From Solirubrobacterales bacterium (lineage in GTDB: Bacteria > Actinomycetota > Thermoleophilia > Solirubrobacterales > 70-9), in the NCBI GenBank assembly GCA_035605695.1, contig DATNGZ010000017.1, forward strand, positions 14,454-78,453: 64,000 nucleotides of DNA. The letters run 5' to 3'. Positions within the stretch are counted from its first letter, which is position 1; every line of letters starts with the position of its first letter. The notes beneath the pieces were generated by a model, which searched no databases, had not been told where the DNA came from, and worked only from the letters and a program-made list of their open reading frames with translations. The position numbers and the translations under genes are program-made. This document shows positions 35,796 to 45,593 of this stretch, in pieces.

Positions 35796-35839
35796 GAGTC
35801 GCGCCCTCGTCTCCGCAGACAATTACCTTCGATCAGACC

Positions 35840-35867
35840 TTGACATAAACTTAGAGGTAGCTATAAA
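35840..35867 (+). promoter_or_regulatory. Near-consensus sigma70-type promoter (TTGACA-16 nt-TATAAA) upstream of the AAA ATPase gene
   Basis: TTGACA is at 35840..35845 and TATAAA at 35862..35867, within an AT-rich tract that contains AAATTTAG twice. TAGGAGA lies 8 nt before the ATG at 35903. Confidence 0.45.
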
Positions 35868-35902
35868 TTTAGCTTTAGTCCTAAATTTAGGAGATGAGCT
35901 AA

Positions 35903-37111
35903 ATGAGTGTTGATCCGGCGGAGCCTTTTACAAATCCCTTTCGCCCCGGCGCGGGACATCGCCCTCCCTACTTGGCAGGACGGGCGCCTGAGCAGGGGGA
36001 GTTCGAGAAACTACTAGACCAGGACGTCATCCTCGAGAACCCGCTGCTCACTGGATTGCGGGGCGTGGGCAAGACTGTCCTGCTGGAAACCTTCAAGCCC
36101 CTTGCAATGCAGCGCGGGTGGATCTGGGTCGGAACTGACCTCTCGGAGTCAGCGAGCGTAAGCGAAGAGGCACTTGCCATCCGACTCTTGGCTGACCTGT
36201 CGGTCGCAACTTCCACCCTGGTGGTGGAAGAGGCGGCAGTTCCCGGATTTGCCGGAGGAAAGGAAGACGTCTACCTTGACTTTCAGGCTTTGACCGGCAT
36301 CTACAACTCGACACCCGGCCTGGTAGAGGACAAGCTGAAGGCAGTCCTGGAGATCGCCGCAAAGGTGATAGCAAGGGAGGGAAGCCGCGGGGTGGTCTTT
36401 GCCTATGACGAGGCCCAAAACCTTGCCGACTCGGCAAAGCAGAACGAGTTTCCCCTTTCCCTGCTGCTCGATGTCTTTCAGTCGATCCAGCGAAAGGAGA
36501 TCCCCTTCATGCTGGCGCTGACCGGGCTTCCAACGCTGTTTCCAAAGCTCGTCGAGGCACGCACATTCGCGGAGCGGATGTTTCGCGTGATCGTTCTGGA
36601 CAAGCTGAATGAGAAAGCCAGTCGAGAGGCAATCATCAAGCCGATTGAGGACACGCACTGCCCTGTTCAATTTGCCGATGAGTCGGTAGCGATGATCGCG
36701 AGTCATTCGGGGGGATACCCCTACTTCATTCAGTTCATATGCCGAGAAGTCTTTGACGCCTTCTTGCTACTGCAAAGGCAACAAGCGCCGACTCCGTATT
36801 CCGTTCCGTTGGACGCCATCACACTGAAGCTCGACTCTGACTTTTTCGCGGGACGATGGGCGCGAGCGACAGACCGACAGCGCGATCTGCTGTGGGCAAT
36901 CGCAACGCTGGATAGACCGGACGACGAGTTCACCGTGCAGGAAGTTGTCAAAGCGTCGAAAGGGCTCGACAAGCCTTTTACGAGCAGCCACGTAAACCAG
37001 ATGCTTGTGAGCCTGTGCGGCGCCGGCCTGATCTACAAGAACCGCTTCGGCAAGTACTCATTCGCCGTCCCACTTTTTGATCGCTTCATCCTGAGGCAGG
37101 CTCAGTTGTAG
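35903..37111 (+). CDS. ORC/Cdc6-like AAA ATPase (Arch_ATPase/AAA_16-type) with a C-terminal winged-helix domain; low-GC gene
   Basis: Has Walker A GLRGVGKTVLL and Walker B VVFAYDEAQ. The C-terminal wHTH-like region is LLWAIATLDRPDDEFTVQEVV...VNQMLVSLCGAGLIYK. GC content and codon usage are visibly lower than in the flanking genes. Confidence 0.8.
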   Translation: MSVDPAEPFTNPFRPGAGHRPPYLAGRAPEQGEFEKLLDQDVILENPLLTGLRGVGKTVLLETFKPLAMQRGWIWVGTDLSESASVSEEALAIRLLADLSVATSTLVVEEAAVPGFAGGKEDVYLDFQALTGIYNSTPGLVEDKLKAVLEIAAKVIAREGSRGVVFAYDEAQNLADSAKQNEFPLSLLLDVFQSIQRKEIPFMLALTGLPTLFPKLVEARTFAERMFRVIVLDKLNEKASREAIIKPIEDTHCPVQFADESVAMIASHSGGYPYFIQFICREVFDAFLLLQRQQAPTPYSVPLDAITLKLDSDFFAGRWARATDRQRDLLWAIATLDRPDDEFTVQEVVKASKGLDKPFTSSHVNQMLVSLCGAGLIYKNRFGKYSFAVPLFDRFILRQAQL

Positions 37112-37677
37112 GCGTCCCAACGCCGAAGTGAGGGCTCGGGGTCTATCGGCTGACCGTGGACGTGGATCTCGAAGTGGAGGTGACAGCCGATCGTGATCGC
37201 GTTGCCGGTCTCCCCCACGGCGCCGACCCGCTCGCCGGTCCAGACCCGGTCGCCCCTGCGGACCAGGGCCGGCCGGGGCATGTGGGCGTAGAAGTAGCTG
37301 CGATCCTCGCCTTCGCCGTGGATCAGCAGGTAGTTGCCGTAGAGGACCGGGTCGTAGCCGCTGCGCAGCACACGGCCGCCCCGAACCGCGACCAGCGGCG
37401 TGTTGCAGGCGGCAACAATGTCAAAGCCCTCATGAGTCCGCCCACCACTGCGCGACGCACCGAATTCACCGATGTAGCCCCGCGTGCCGTGCGGGCCGGC
37501 GACCGGAAAGACGTGGCCGTAGTACACCGTGCCACCGCTGTGACCGGAGATCTGGGCCGAGGCGGATGCAACGCCAACGGCAAACACAGCCAGAGCCAAA
37601 AGGACCGTCCCGATAGGGGTGGAGCGTCTTGTACTTTTTGGGCGCTTAGCTTGAGGCGCCAGCAGGCCACTCTCCAT
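37102..37677 (-). CDS. M23-family (LytM-type) metallopeptidase, secreted
   Basis: Contains HEGFDIVAA, YFYAHM and GCHLHFEIHVHG (HxxxD / HxH motifs) and the signal-like segment TVLLALAVFAVGVASASA. The first ~25 codons are encoded by repeat element B2, so the start is uncertain. Confidence 0.8.
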   Translation of the reverse strand: MESGLLAPQAKRPKSTRRSTPIGTVLLALAVFAVGVASASAQISGHSGGTVYYGHVFPVAGPHGTRGYIGEFGASRSGGRTHEGFDIVAACNTPLVAVRGGRVLRSGYDPVLYGNYLLIHGEGEDRSYFYAHMPRPALVRRGDRVWTGERVGAVGETGNAITIGCHLHFEIHVHGQPIDPEPSLRRWDAYN

Positions 37678-37747
37678 CCAAAAAGTTAAGCGGAACCCCT
37701 ATCGGGACGGTCCCACCCCTCGACGTTAAGCGGAACCCCTACCGGGA
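37603..37747. repeat. Family-B nested-palindrome element (37603..37712) plus a 23-nt direct duplication of its right end (37725..37747)
   Basis: The arms GACCGTCCCGATAGGGGT and ACCCCTATCGGGACGGTC flank the core GGAGCGTCTTGTACTTTTTGGGCG...CATCCAAAAAGTTAAGCGGA. GTTAAGCGGAACCCCTA(T/C)CGGGA occurs twice. Confidence 0.75.
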
Positions 37748-37763
37748 TGGGCGCGCTCGGCCC

Positions 37764-38348
37764 TTAGTGGTGTTCGATCACGCGGTCGACGAGGTTGTAC
37801 TCCTTCGCCTCCTCCGCGCTCATGAAGTAGTCGCGATCGGTGTCGTTCGTGACCTTCTCGAAAGACTGGCCGGTGTGCTTGGCGAGGATCTCGTCAAGGC
37901 GTTTGCGGACGTCGATGATCTCCTTGGCGTGGATCTCGATGTCGGTCGCCTGCCCCTGGAAGCCAGAGGAGACCTGGTGGATGAGGATCTTCGAGTTGGG
38001 CAGCGACATCCGCTTGCCGGCGGCGCCGCCGGCAAGCAGCAGTGCCCCCATGCTCATCGCGATGCCGACGCAGATCGTCTGCACGTCGGGCTTGATGAAC
38101 TGCATCGTGTCGTAGATCGCCAGGCCCGAGTAGACCGAGCCACCCGGCGAGTTGATGTAAAGGCTGATGTCCTTGTCGGGATCCTCGGACTCCAGGTGCA
38201 GGAGCTGGGCCACGATCAGGTTGGCGATGTCCTGGGTGACCTCGGTGCCGAGGAAGACGATCCGCTCGTTGAGCAGGCGCGAGTAGATGTCGAACGAGCG
38301 CTCGCCGCGCGAGGTCTGCTCGACAACCATTGGGACCAGAGGACTCAT
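37764..38348 (-). CDS. clpP: ATP-dependent Clp protease proteolytic subunit
   Basis: 194 aa with [26 protein letters not shown] (active-site Ser) and ILIHQ (His). Confidence 0.95.
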   Translation of the reverse strand: MSPLVPMVVEQTSRGERSFDIYSRLLNERIVFLGTEVTQDIANLIVAQLLHLESEDPDKDISLYINSPGGSVYSGLAIYDTMQFIKPDVQTICVGIAMSMGALLLAGGAAGKRMSLPNSKILIHQVSSGFQGQATDIEIHAKEIIDVRKRLDEILAKHTGQSFEKVTNDTDRDYFMSAEEAKEYNLVDRVIEHH

Positions 38349-38386
38349 GGGCGGGACTCTATAGAAGCGCCACGCCGGCCATGCCG

Positions 38387-39625
38387 TCAGGCGTCCGCGC
38401 CTGCAAGGACGCTGCCGCCGCCGCCCGCCGCCTTGGCCACGTACATCGCCCGGTCGGCCGCCGCAAGTAGGTCCTCTGCCGGCGGCAAGCCGTTCTCGTC
38501 GAAGAGTGCCACGCCGACGCTGATCGCCAGCCAGATCTCGCCTCCCTCAACCTCCAACGGCGCGGCCGCGAGCGCGGCGACCAGGCGCTCGGCTACCGCC
38601 TCAGCTCCGACGGCATCCGCCTCCGGCAGCAAGAGGGCGAACTCGTCCCCGCCCAGGCGGGCCACGACGCCGTCGGAATAGCGGCCGACGGTGTCGGTGC
38701 TGCGCAGGTTTTCACCGAGCACGCGGGCAACCTGGCAGAGGACTCGGTCACCCGCTGGGTGCCCGAACTCGTCATTTATCTGCTTGAAGCGGTCCAGGTC
38801 GACGATCAGCAGCGCCCCGCCGCTGCCATAGCGCCGCGTGTAGGCCAGCTGGCGCTCGAGCGCCTCGTCGAAGCTGCGCCGGTTGAGCAGGCCGGTGAGC
38901 GAGTCTTGTCGCGAGAGCCGCTCCAGCTCTTCCTCCATTGCCTTGCGCTCGGTGATGTCACGGGCAACGCCGTAGATGATGTGCTCGTCAGGCAGCGGCA
39001 CCGAGGCCCACTCGAGCCAGTGCACCTCGCCCTTGCGGTCGAAGTAACGATTTTGGAACTGAACCGTGGTCTTGCCGTCGGAGAGCCCTGCCGCCTCCCG
39101 TTCGGTCTTCTCGAGATCGTCGGGATGGACGAACTCGAGAAAGGGCCGGCCGACCAGGTCCTCTTCCCGATAGCCGAGGATCCGCTCAAAGGCGGGATTG
39201 ACCGACTTGAAGCAACCGTCGAAGCCCGCGGTGCTGATCATGTCGAGCGAGAGGTTGAAGTGACGGGCGCTCTCCGCCTCGAGTGCACGCAGCCGATCCG
39301 CGAAGCGACCGACCAGGCCGCCGATGAAGAGGTAGACGAGCGCCCGATTCACGTATCCCAGCGGACTCACCGGCAGGTCGACGACGATCGAGCCCAGCGA
39401 AGAAAGAACGAACGCGACGGTGCCGGCAATGAGGCCGGCACGGGCACCGATGGCGGTGGCGATTACCACTACCGGAATGACGTAGAGGAAGCTGATCGCG
39501 TCCCCGACAGATCCCACGGTCGCCCTGAGCAGGAAGATCGCCGCGAAGAGCAGGGCGGCGACCGCCTTGGGTCTGGACAAGAAGAAACTCATCGTTGGGA
39601 CACTCATCGGTATTTGGTATCCCAA
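38387..39625 (-). CDS. Membrane-anchored PAS-GGDEF diguanylate cyclase
   Basis: Has N-terminal TM segments, a PAS region ([25 protein letters not shown]) and a GGDEF domain ([11 protein letters not shown]). No EAL domain is present. Confidence 0.85.
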   Translation of the reverse strand: MGYQIPMSVPTMSFFLSRPKAVAALLFAAIFLLRATVGSVGDAISFLYVIPVVVIATAIGARAGLIAGTVAFVLSSLGSIVVDLPVSPLGYVNRALVYLFIGGLVGRFADRLRALEAESARHFNLSLDMISTAGFDGCFKSVNPAFERILGYREEDLVGRPFLEFVHPDDLEKTEREAAGLSDGKTTVQFQNRYFDRKGEVHWLEWASVPLPDEHIIYGVARDITERKAMEEELERLSRQDSLTGLLNRRSFDEALERQLAYTRRYGSGGALLIVDLDRFKQINDEFGHPAGDRVLCQVARVLGENLRSTDTVGRYSDGVVARLGGDEFALLLPEADAVGAEAVAERLVAALAAAPLEVEGGEIWLAISVGVALFDENGLPPAEDLLAAADRAMYVAKAAGGGGSVLAGADA

Positions 39626-39671
39626 CCCTATGTCTGCACGAATCCGTGCGCGGCAAAGATCGAACGTGCGG

Positions 39672-41057
39672 CTAGGAGCTGCTCTCGGGCGTCCAGAGCT
39701 CGCCCTTCTCCTCTTGCTCTTTCTCCGGAGTCCAGATTTTCTCGCGGGCTTCAGCCTGCTCGAGCGGGATCGGCACGGCTGATTCGGCGACTACATCAAT
39801 TGCCTTGCGCACCTGGATGTCCTCGCGGACCATCGCGTCGCGGCCGTTCTCACGCAGGCGGGCAAGCAGCTTCTCCGGCGTCGTGCGCTCGTGCTCGGCG
39901 GTGTGGGCGAGCGCCTCGACCATTTCCTCCTCGGAGACCTCGATCGCCTCCGCCTCGGCGATCGCCGCCAGGACCGCCTCGCGCTCGAGCTCGCGCTTGG
40001 CGTCGGGCTTGGACTCCTCCAGCACCTCCTCGCGAGTTTTGCCCTGCATCTGCAGGAAGGAGTCGGGGCTCATTCCGCGGCCGGCGATCTGGCGTTCGAC
40101 CCGCTCCCAGCGCTCCGCCGCGCGCGCCTCGACGAGCGCGTCAGGGATCTCAACCGTGGCAGCGGCCGCAGCGGCGTCGACGGCAGCGACCCTGAAGTCC
40201 TGCTCGGCACGCTCGTCGACCGCCTCGGAGACGCGTTTGCCGATGTCGGCCCGCAGCTCCTCGAGCGTCTCGAACTCCGAGGCCTCGGAGGCGAAATCGT
40301 CGTCGAGCTCGGGCAGGACTTTCTCCCGCACCTCCTTGACGTCGACGTTGAAGACCGCCTCCTTGCCGGCGAGGTGCTCGGCCTGGTAATCCGCGGGAAA
40401 GGTGACCTTGACCTCGCGCTGCTCGCCGCCTTTGACCCCGGCCAGTTGCTCCTCGAAGCCCTCGATGAAGCGGCCGCTGCCGAGTTCCAGCATGCCGTCG
40501 GTTTCCTTGCCGCCCTCGAAGGCCTTGCCGTCGATCAGGCCCTCGTAGTCGATCAGCAGCACGTCGCCCTCTGCGGCGGCGCGCTCGACCGGCTCGAGTT
40601 TGGTGAAGCCCTCGCGGATCCGCTCGACCTCGCGGTCGACGATCTCCTCGGTCGGCTCAGCCTCGGCCTTGCCGACCTCGATGCCCTTGTACTCGCCCAG
40701 CTTGGCCTTGGGGCGGACGCCGATCTCGAATTTGAACTCCAGCGGCTCGCCCTCGGCCTCGGGCGAGGAGACGATCTCGATCTCGGGGTCGCCGACAGGG
40801 CTGACCCCGGAGCGCAGCAGGCCCTGCTCGTACCACTCGGGCAGCGAGTCGCGGACCGCCTCCTGCATCACGGCGCCGAAACCAAGCCGCTGGATCACCA
40901 GCGAGGGCGGCGCCTTGCCCTTGCGAAAGCCCGGCATCCGCATCTCGCGGGCGAGGCTGCGGGCGGCGCGCTGCACGCCGCGATCGACCAGATCGGCAGG
41001 AACCTCCACCTCGACCCGCACACGCGAGTCGGGCAGCTCTGTGACATCGGTCTTCAA
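39672..41057 (-). CDS. tig: Trigger factor
   Basis: 461 aa with a TTG start. It has the ribosome-binding signature GFRKGKAPPSLV, an FKBP-type PPIase middle domain and a C-terminal chaperone arm. Confidence 0.93.
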   Translation of the reverse strand: MKTDVTELPDSRVRVEVEVPADLVDRGVQRAARSLAREMRMPGFRKGKAPPSLVIQRLGFGAVMQEAVRDSLPEWYEQGLLRSGVSPVGDPEIEIVSSPEAEGEPLEFKFEIGVRPKAKLGEYKGIEVGKAEAEPTEEIVDREVERIREGFTKLEPVERAAAEGDVLLIDYEGLIDGKAFEGGKETDGMLELGSGRFIEGFEEQLAGVKGGEQREVKVTFPADYQAEHLAGKEAVFNVDVKEVREKVLPELDDDFASEASEFETLEELRADIGKRVSEAVDERAEQDFRVAAVDAAAAAATVEIPDALVEARAAERWERVERQIAGRGMSPDSFLQMQGKTREEVLEESKPDAKRELEREAVLAAIAEAEAIEVSEEEMVEALAHTAEHERTTPEKLLARLRENGRDAMVREDIQVRKAIDVVAESAVPIPLEQAEAREKIWTPEKEQEEKGELWTPESSS

Positions 41058-41088
41058 GAACGGCGGACCCTAGAGGAATCGGCCCCGC

Positions 41089-41129
41089 TGCAACGCGTTG
41101 TCCCCCTTCTGGATGGACAAAACGTTGCA
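41089..41129. repeat. Hairpin element carrying ACAAAACGTTGCACC, 32 nt upstream of the tig start
   Basis: The arms TGCAACGCGTTGTCC (41089..41103) and GGACAAAACGTTGCA (41115..41129) pair at 13 of 15 positions. Confidence 0.5.
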
Positions 41130-41271
41130 CCCCGGACTGGCGCCCTAACCGCGGCGCTGCCTGAAGCCGGTGCGGACGGCGACGCCGAAGTCGATCGCAA
41201 AGGCGAGGCCACGGCCCAGCGGACCGGTCACCAGCCAGGCCCTGGTCCTGATCAGCGCGGAATTGATGCGG

Positions 41272-42786
41272 CTACTCCTCATTTGCGTATTCCAGCAGGG
41301 AAGAGTCGACCAGCCACTCGACCGGGGCACGATCGTCGGTATAGACCGCGCCGCCAGCGAGACGGAGCGACAGCGACGCGGCAGCGCTGAGCGCGAGCGG
41401 ACGCAGGCCACGCGGCAGCGAGCCGGCGCTGAGACGCAACCGCGCCGGCGAGAGCCGCCCCTCGCCGGCCAGCAGCAGGGTGTTCGTCGACTCGATCGGA
41501 TAGCGCAGGATTGTCGGGAAAGCAGCCGCCATGGTCCTCCCCAAAACCCGCTCCAGCTCCTGACTTCCCTGCGGATGACCAACGTTGATAACGACGACAC
41601 CGCGCGAAGTAAGGCGCTCGCGGGCGAGCTCGAAGAACTCCCGGGTCGCCAGGTAGAAGGGGATGTACGGCTGCCGGTAGGCATCGACCATGATCGCGTC
41701 GTAACCGCCCGACGAGCGCCGCAGCCAGGGCCGGGCATCCTCGGCAAAGACCCGCATGCGAGGGTTGCGCAGATCGAAGTAACGGCGGCCTAGCTCGGTC
41801 AGCTCGCCATCGATCTCGACCGCGTCCACGGCGGTGTGGGGGAAGAAGTGGCCGAACGCGCGCGCCACCGTGCCGGCGCCGTTGCCGAGGATCGCGATTC
41901 GTCGGGGTGAGCGCGCGCGAGCAGCGAAGGGCAGCACGAGGTGACCGTCCCAGTAGTCGCCGGTCAGGTATTTGCCCGGGCGATAGAGCGAGTGCACCGC
42001 CTGTCCCTCGTTCAGCTCCAGCACGCGGGCGCCGTCTGGATGTTCGACGACCCTGGCGTACTCGTAGGGGGTCTCGGCCTCGAAGAGGACGCGACCCGTG
42101 CCGGCGGCCTTGATCGTGCCGACCGGCAGGGAGATCGCCAGGGCGAGTGCGGCCGGCACGGCTGCAAACCGCCAGCCCAGACCGGCGGCCCCGACGAGGG
42201 CCAGCGCCAGGGCAAAGACGAGGAAGGTGCGCTGGGTCCCCAGTAACGGAATCAGTAGTAGCGCCGCCAGCATCGTGCCGATCAGCGAGCCGGCGGTCGA
42301 GGTCGCATAGAGCCGCCCGACCACCGCGCCGGAATTACTGGCTTCCGGCGCCGCGAGGCGCACCGCCCAAGGGGCAGCCGCGCCGAGCAGGGTAACCGGC
42401 GCCGCGACCAGCACCAGCACTCCGAAGAGGGAGCCGGCAAAACCGCCGACCGAGACGCTGTCGAAGGCATCAACCGAGAAGCCGAGGAAGGGGCGGGCGG
42501 CGAAGGGCACGGCGGCGATCAGTAGGGCCGCGGCGAGAACGAGCAGGCAGAGCCCGCGCATGTGCGGATGGCGGTCGGCAAAGCGACCGCCGAACCAGTA
42601 GCCGACCGAGAGGGCGACGAGGACGACCCCGATCGTGTTCGCCCAGACGATCGTCGAGGCACCGAAATAAGGTGCCAGTAGGCGGGCGGCGGCGATCTCG
42701 GCGCCGAGGCTGGCGGCGCCGACGACGAAGACCAGGGCCAGCAGCAGAAGGGGCCGACGCTCAGGCAGGATCGTGTCCCGGCTCAT
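41272..42786 (-). CDS. Membrane-fused spermidine-synthase-like (polyamine aminopropyltransferase family) protein
   Basis: The N-terminus has ~7 TM segments. The C-terminal class I methyltransferase-like fold includes IAILGNGAGTVARA, GGYDAIMVDAY and PFYLATREFF. I chose the ATG at 42786 (MSRDTILPE...). Confidence 0.8.
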   Translation of the reverse strand: MSRDTILPERRPLLLLALVFVVGAASLGAEIAAARLLAPYFGASTIVWANTIGVVLVALSVGYWFGGRFADRHPHMRGLCLLVLAAALLIAAVPFAARPFLGFSVDAFDSVSVGGFAGSLFGVLVLVAAPVTLLGAAAPWAVRLAAPEASNSGAVVGRLYATSTAGSLIGTMLAALLLIPLLGTQRTFLVFALALALVGAAGLGWRFAAVPAALALAISLPVGTIKAAGTGRVLFEAETPYEYARVVEHPDGARVLELNEGQAVHSLYRPGKYLTGDYWDGHLVLPFAARARSPRRIAILGNGAGTVARAFGHFFPHTAVDAVEIDGELTELGRRYFDLRNPRMRVFAEDARPWLRRSSGGYDAIMVDAYRQPYIPFYLATREFFELARERLTSRGVVVINVGHPQGSQELERVLGRTMAAAFPTILRYPIESTNTLLLAGEGRLSPARLRLSAGSLPRGLRPLALSAAASLSLRLAGGAVYTDDRAPVEWLVDSSLLEYANEE

Positions 42787-43705
42787 TCTCGGGCGCCGCC
42801 AGTCGTTCTTCCAGCAGTGCACCGTGACCGGCGGCGACGGCTCGCTGGGCACGCCGCTCGTCGAGGCTGAAGCCCCGCTCGTAGGCGAGATCAAGCAGGC
42901 GCTGCTTTTCGGTCCCTTCGCGGGCGACCTCGAGGAAGATCCAGGCGAGCACACCGAGGGCGAGGAAGGTCCCCTCCACCATCATCACCGCTCCCGCCGT
43001 GCTCTGGTCGCCAATCGGGGAGATGCCCCAGTAATGCTCACCCGGCGCGTAGATCGGGTAGAGCACCGAGCCCGACCACATCAGCACGTTGCCGAGGATC
43101 GCGCCGGTAAAGCGAACCGCCATTACGTAGGCGACCTTCCAGCCGGCGCTGAACCACTGCGGCTTCGGCAACGGCCCGAAGATCGGCATCCACATCAGGC
43201 AGCCGAAGAAGAGGAAGCTCGAGTGCTCGAGTGCGTGCAACGGCGCCGTGCCGTAAGCGGCGTCATACAGAGCCGGCAGGTGCCAGAGGTAGAAGTTGAG
43301 CGCCCAGAGCGGGAAGGCGACGGCCGGGTGGACGAGGACCTGAAGCCGATTGAAAAGGCGGATCGCGAGGATCGGCTGCAGCAGCGACTTGGTCAGGCCG
43401 AGGACGAGCAGCAGCGAGGCGATATCGCCGATCAACAGGTGCTCGACCATGTGGGCGATGACCAGCTCCTCGGCGATGTGACCAATCGGGCTGAACAGGG
43501 CAACAGAAATAAGCAGCAGACCGCTGCCAAAGCAGAGCTGGCGCCAGAGCGGCACCGGCCGGCCGTCCCAGGAGAGGGTCCTGGCGCGCCCCCAGTAGAG
43601 GACGCCGGCAATCGTGATCGGAAAGACCTCGACCGGGGCAAAGGTACCGCTGACGTGGGCGAAAAACAGGCTCACGCTGGTAGCTTGGCACGGCGTGAAA
43701 GCCAC
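42761..43705 (-). CDS. ctaG: Cytochrome c oxidase assembly factor CtaG (Caa3_CtaG family membrane protein)
   Basis: Polytopic protein with HMVEHLLIGDIASLLLVLGL and PLHALEHSSFLFFGCLMWMP. The start is uncertain; GTG 43675 would avoid a divergent overlap with the GH15 gene. Confidence 0.7.
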   Translation of the reverse strand: MAFTPCQATSVSLFFAHVSGTFAPVEVFPITIAGVLYWGRARTLSWDGRPVPLWRQLCFGSGLLLISVALFSPIGHIAEELVIAHMVEHLLIGDIASLLLVLGLTKSLLQPILAIRLFNRLQVLVHPAVAFPLWALNFYLWHLPALYDAAYGTAPLHALEHSSFLFFGCLMWMPIFGPLPKPQWFSAGWKVAYVMAVRFTGAILGNVLMWSGSVLYPIYAPGEHYWGISPIGDQSTAGAVMMVEGTFLALGVLAWIFLEVAREGTEKQRLLDLAYERGFSLDERRAQRAVAAGHGALLEERLAAPENEPGHDPA

Positions 43706-45593
43706 CGACCCTCGCTTCCCCCCGATCGGCGGCTACGGCTTCCTCTCCGACTGTCACACCAGCGCTCTCGTCTCCTACGACGGCGCGGTCGAGTGGCTCT
43801 GCCTGCCCCGCTTCGACTCTCCCAGCGCCTTCGGCGCCCTGCTCGACCGCGGCGCCGGCCACTTCAAGCTCGCCCCGAAGGGCGTGATCGTGCCGATCAG
43901 CCGCCGCTACGAGCCGGGCACGCTGGTGATCGAGACGACCTGGGTCACCGACAGTGGCTGGCTCGTCACCCATGACATGCTCTCGATCGCCGATTGGGCG
44001 CCAGCCGGCAACGGCTCGGACGGCCGGCCCCAGACCGGGCACGAGTCCGATCGCTCGCTGCTGCGCCTCGTTACCTGCGTCGATGGTGAGGTCGAGGTGG
44101 AGATGGAGTGCCTACCGCGCTTCGGCTACGGCGCCGAGGCCGCTCGCTGGAGCGGTGGCGAGCTGGGCGAGGCGGTGGCCAGCGGCAGCGACGGCAGCGA
44201 GCTCTGCCTGACCAGCGACATGGAGCTGACCCTCGACGACGGCGCCGCCCGCGGCAAGCTGCACCTGCGCGAGGACGAGAGCGGCTTCTGCGCGATCACC
44301 TGGGGAGATGGCGACCTCGGTGGCCCGCGCAGCGCCCCCGAGGCCTTGGAGCGGCTCGACTCGACCGAAGAGTTCTGGCGCGAATGGCTGCGCGCCGGCA
44401 AATTTCCCGACCATCCTTGGCGCATCCACCTGCAGCGTTCGGCGCTGGTGCTGAAGGGGCTGACCTACACGCCGAGCGGCGCGATCGTCGCTGCCCCCAC
44501 CACCTCGCTGCCCGAGACGCCGGGGGGCGAACGCAACTGGGACTACCGCTTCAGCTGGATCCGCGACTCGACCTTCACCCTCTGGGCCCTGCACACGCTC
44601 GGCTTCGACGAGGAGGCGCGCGACTTCATGCGCTTCATCCTCGACGTCTGCAAGGACAACCCCGACCTGCAGATCATGTACGGGATCGGCGGCGAGCGCG
44701 AGCTGACCGAGAGCACGCTCGACCACCTCAGCGGCTACGGCGGCGCCCGCCCGGTGCGGATCGGCAACGGCGCCTACAACCAGCGCCAGAACGACGTCTG
44801 GGGCGCCCTGCTGGACTCGATCTACCTACACGAAAAGGCGCTGCGGGGCTCCGGCACCCAGGCCGACCGGCAGCTGGTCCGCTACCAGGTGGAGGCGGCG
44901 ATCAAAGCCTGGCCCAACCCCGACCAGGGAATCTGGGAGTCGCGCGGTGAGCCCCAACACTACGTCTCCTCGAAGCTGATGATCTGGGTCGCCGTCGACC
45001 GCGGTGCCCGCCTCGCCACGAGCCTCGGCTTCGAGGATGTCGCCGAGGGGTGGGAAAAGACAGCGGACGAGATGAAGGTGGAGATCCTCGAGCGCGGCGT
45101 CCGCGACGGCGTCTTCCGCCAGCACTACGAGACTGACGCACTCGATGCCTCGACCCTGCTGATCCCGCTGCTGCGCTTCCTTCCCCCCGACGATGAGCGG
45201 GTGCGGGCCACGGTCGAGGCGATCGCGGCCGACCTGACCCAACACGGCCTCGTCCTGCGCTACAAGGTCGAAGAGACCGACGACGGGCTCAGCGGCGAGG
45301 AGGGCAGCTTCCTGATCTGCTCCTTCTGGCTGGTCTCGGCGCTCTCGGAGATCGGCGAGGCCGGGCGGGCACGGGCGCTCTGCGAGCGCCTGCTTGAGGC
45401 GGCCGGCTGGCTCGACCTCTTCGCCGAGGAGCTCGAGCCACAGAGCGGCCGCCACCTGGGCAACTTCCCGCAGGCCTTCACCCACTTGGCGCTGATCAAC
45501 GCCGTCTCCCATGTGATCGCCGACGAGCAGCGCGAAGACGGTGGACCAACCGCCGTCTTCACCGAAATGGGCGGCGTTCGCGAGGACGCCTGA
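43695..45593 (+). CDS. Glycoside hydrolase family 15 (glucoamylase/trehalase-like)
   Basis: Contains FPPIGGYGFLSDCHTSALVSYDGAVEWLCLPRFDSPSAFGALLD, NWDYRFSWIRDS and FLICSFWLVSAL. I chose the in-frame GTG at 43695. The ORF track begins at 43614. Confidence 0.85.
   Translation: MKATDPRFPPIGGYGFLSDCHTSALVSYDGAVEWLCLPRFDSPSAFGALLDRGAGHFKLAPKGVIVPISRRYEPGTLVIETTWVTDSGWLVTHDMLSIADWAPAGNGSDGRPQTGHESDRSLLRLVTCVDGEVEVEMECLPRFGYGAEAARWSGGELGEAVASGSDGSELCLTSDMELTLDDGAARGKLHLREDESGFCAITWGDGDLGGPRSAPEALERLDSTEEFWREWLRAGKFPDHPWRIHLQRSALVLKGLTYTPSGAIVAAPTTSLPETPGGERNWDYRFSWIRDSTFTLWALHTLGFDEEARDFMRFILDVCKDNPDLQIMYGIGGERELTESTLDHLSGYGGARPVRIGNGAYNQRQNDVWGALLDSIYLHEKALRGSGTQADRQLVRYQVEAAIKAWPNPDQGIWESRGEPQHYVSSKLMIWVAVDRGARLATSLGFEDVAEGWEKTADEMKVEILERGVRDGVFRQHYETDALDASTLLIPLLRFLPPDDERVRATVEAIAADLTQHGLVLRYKVEETDDGLSGEEGSFLICSFWLVSALSEIGEAGRARALCERLLEAAGWLDLFAEELEPQSGRHLGNFPQAFTHLALINAVSHVIADEQREDGGPTAVFTEMGGVREDA

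Noticed and set aside
35298-35822. 174-aa minus-strand ORF overlapping the GNAT gene
   Set aside because: It is antisense to a gene with a clear acetyl-CoA-binding motif, and its product is low-complexity.
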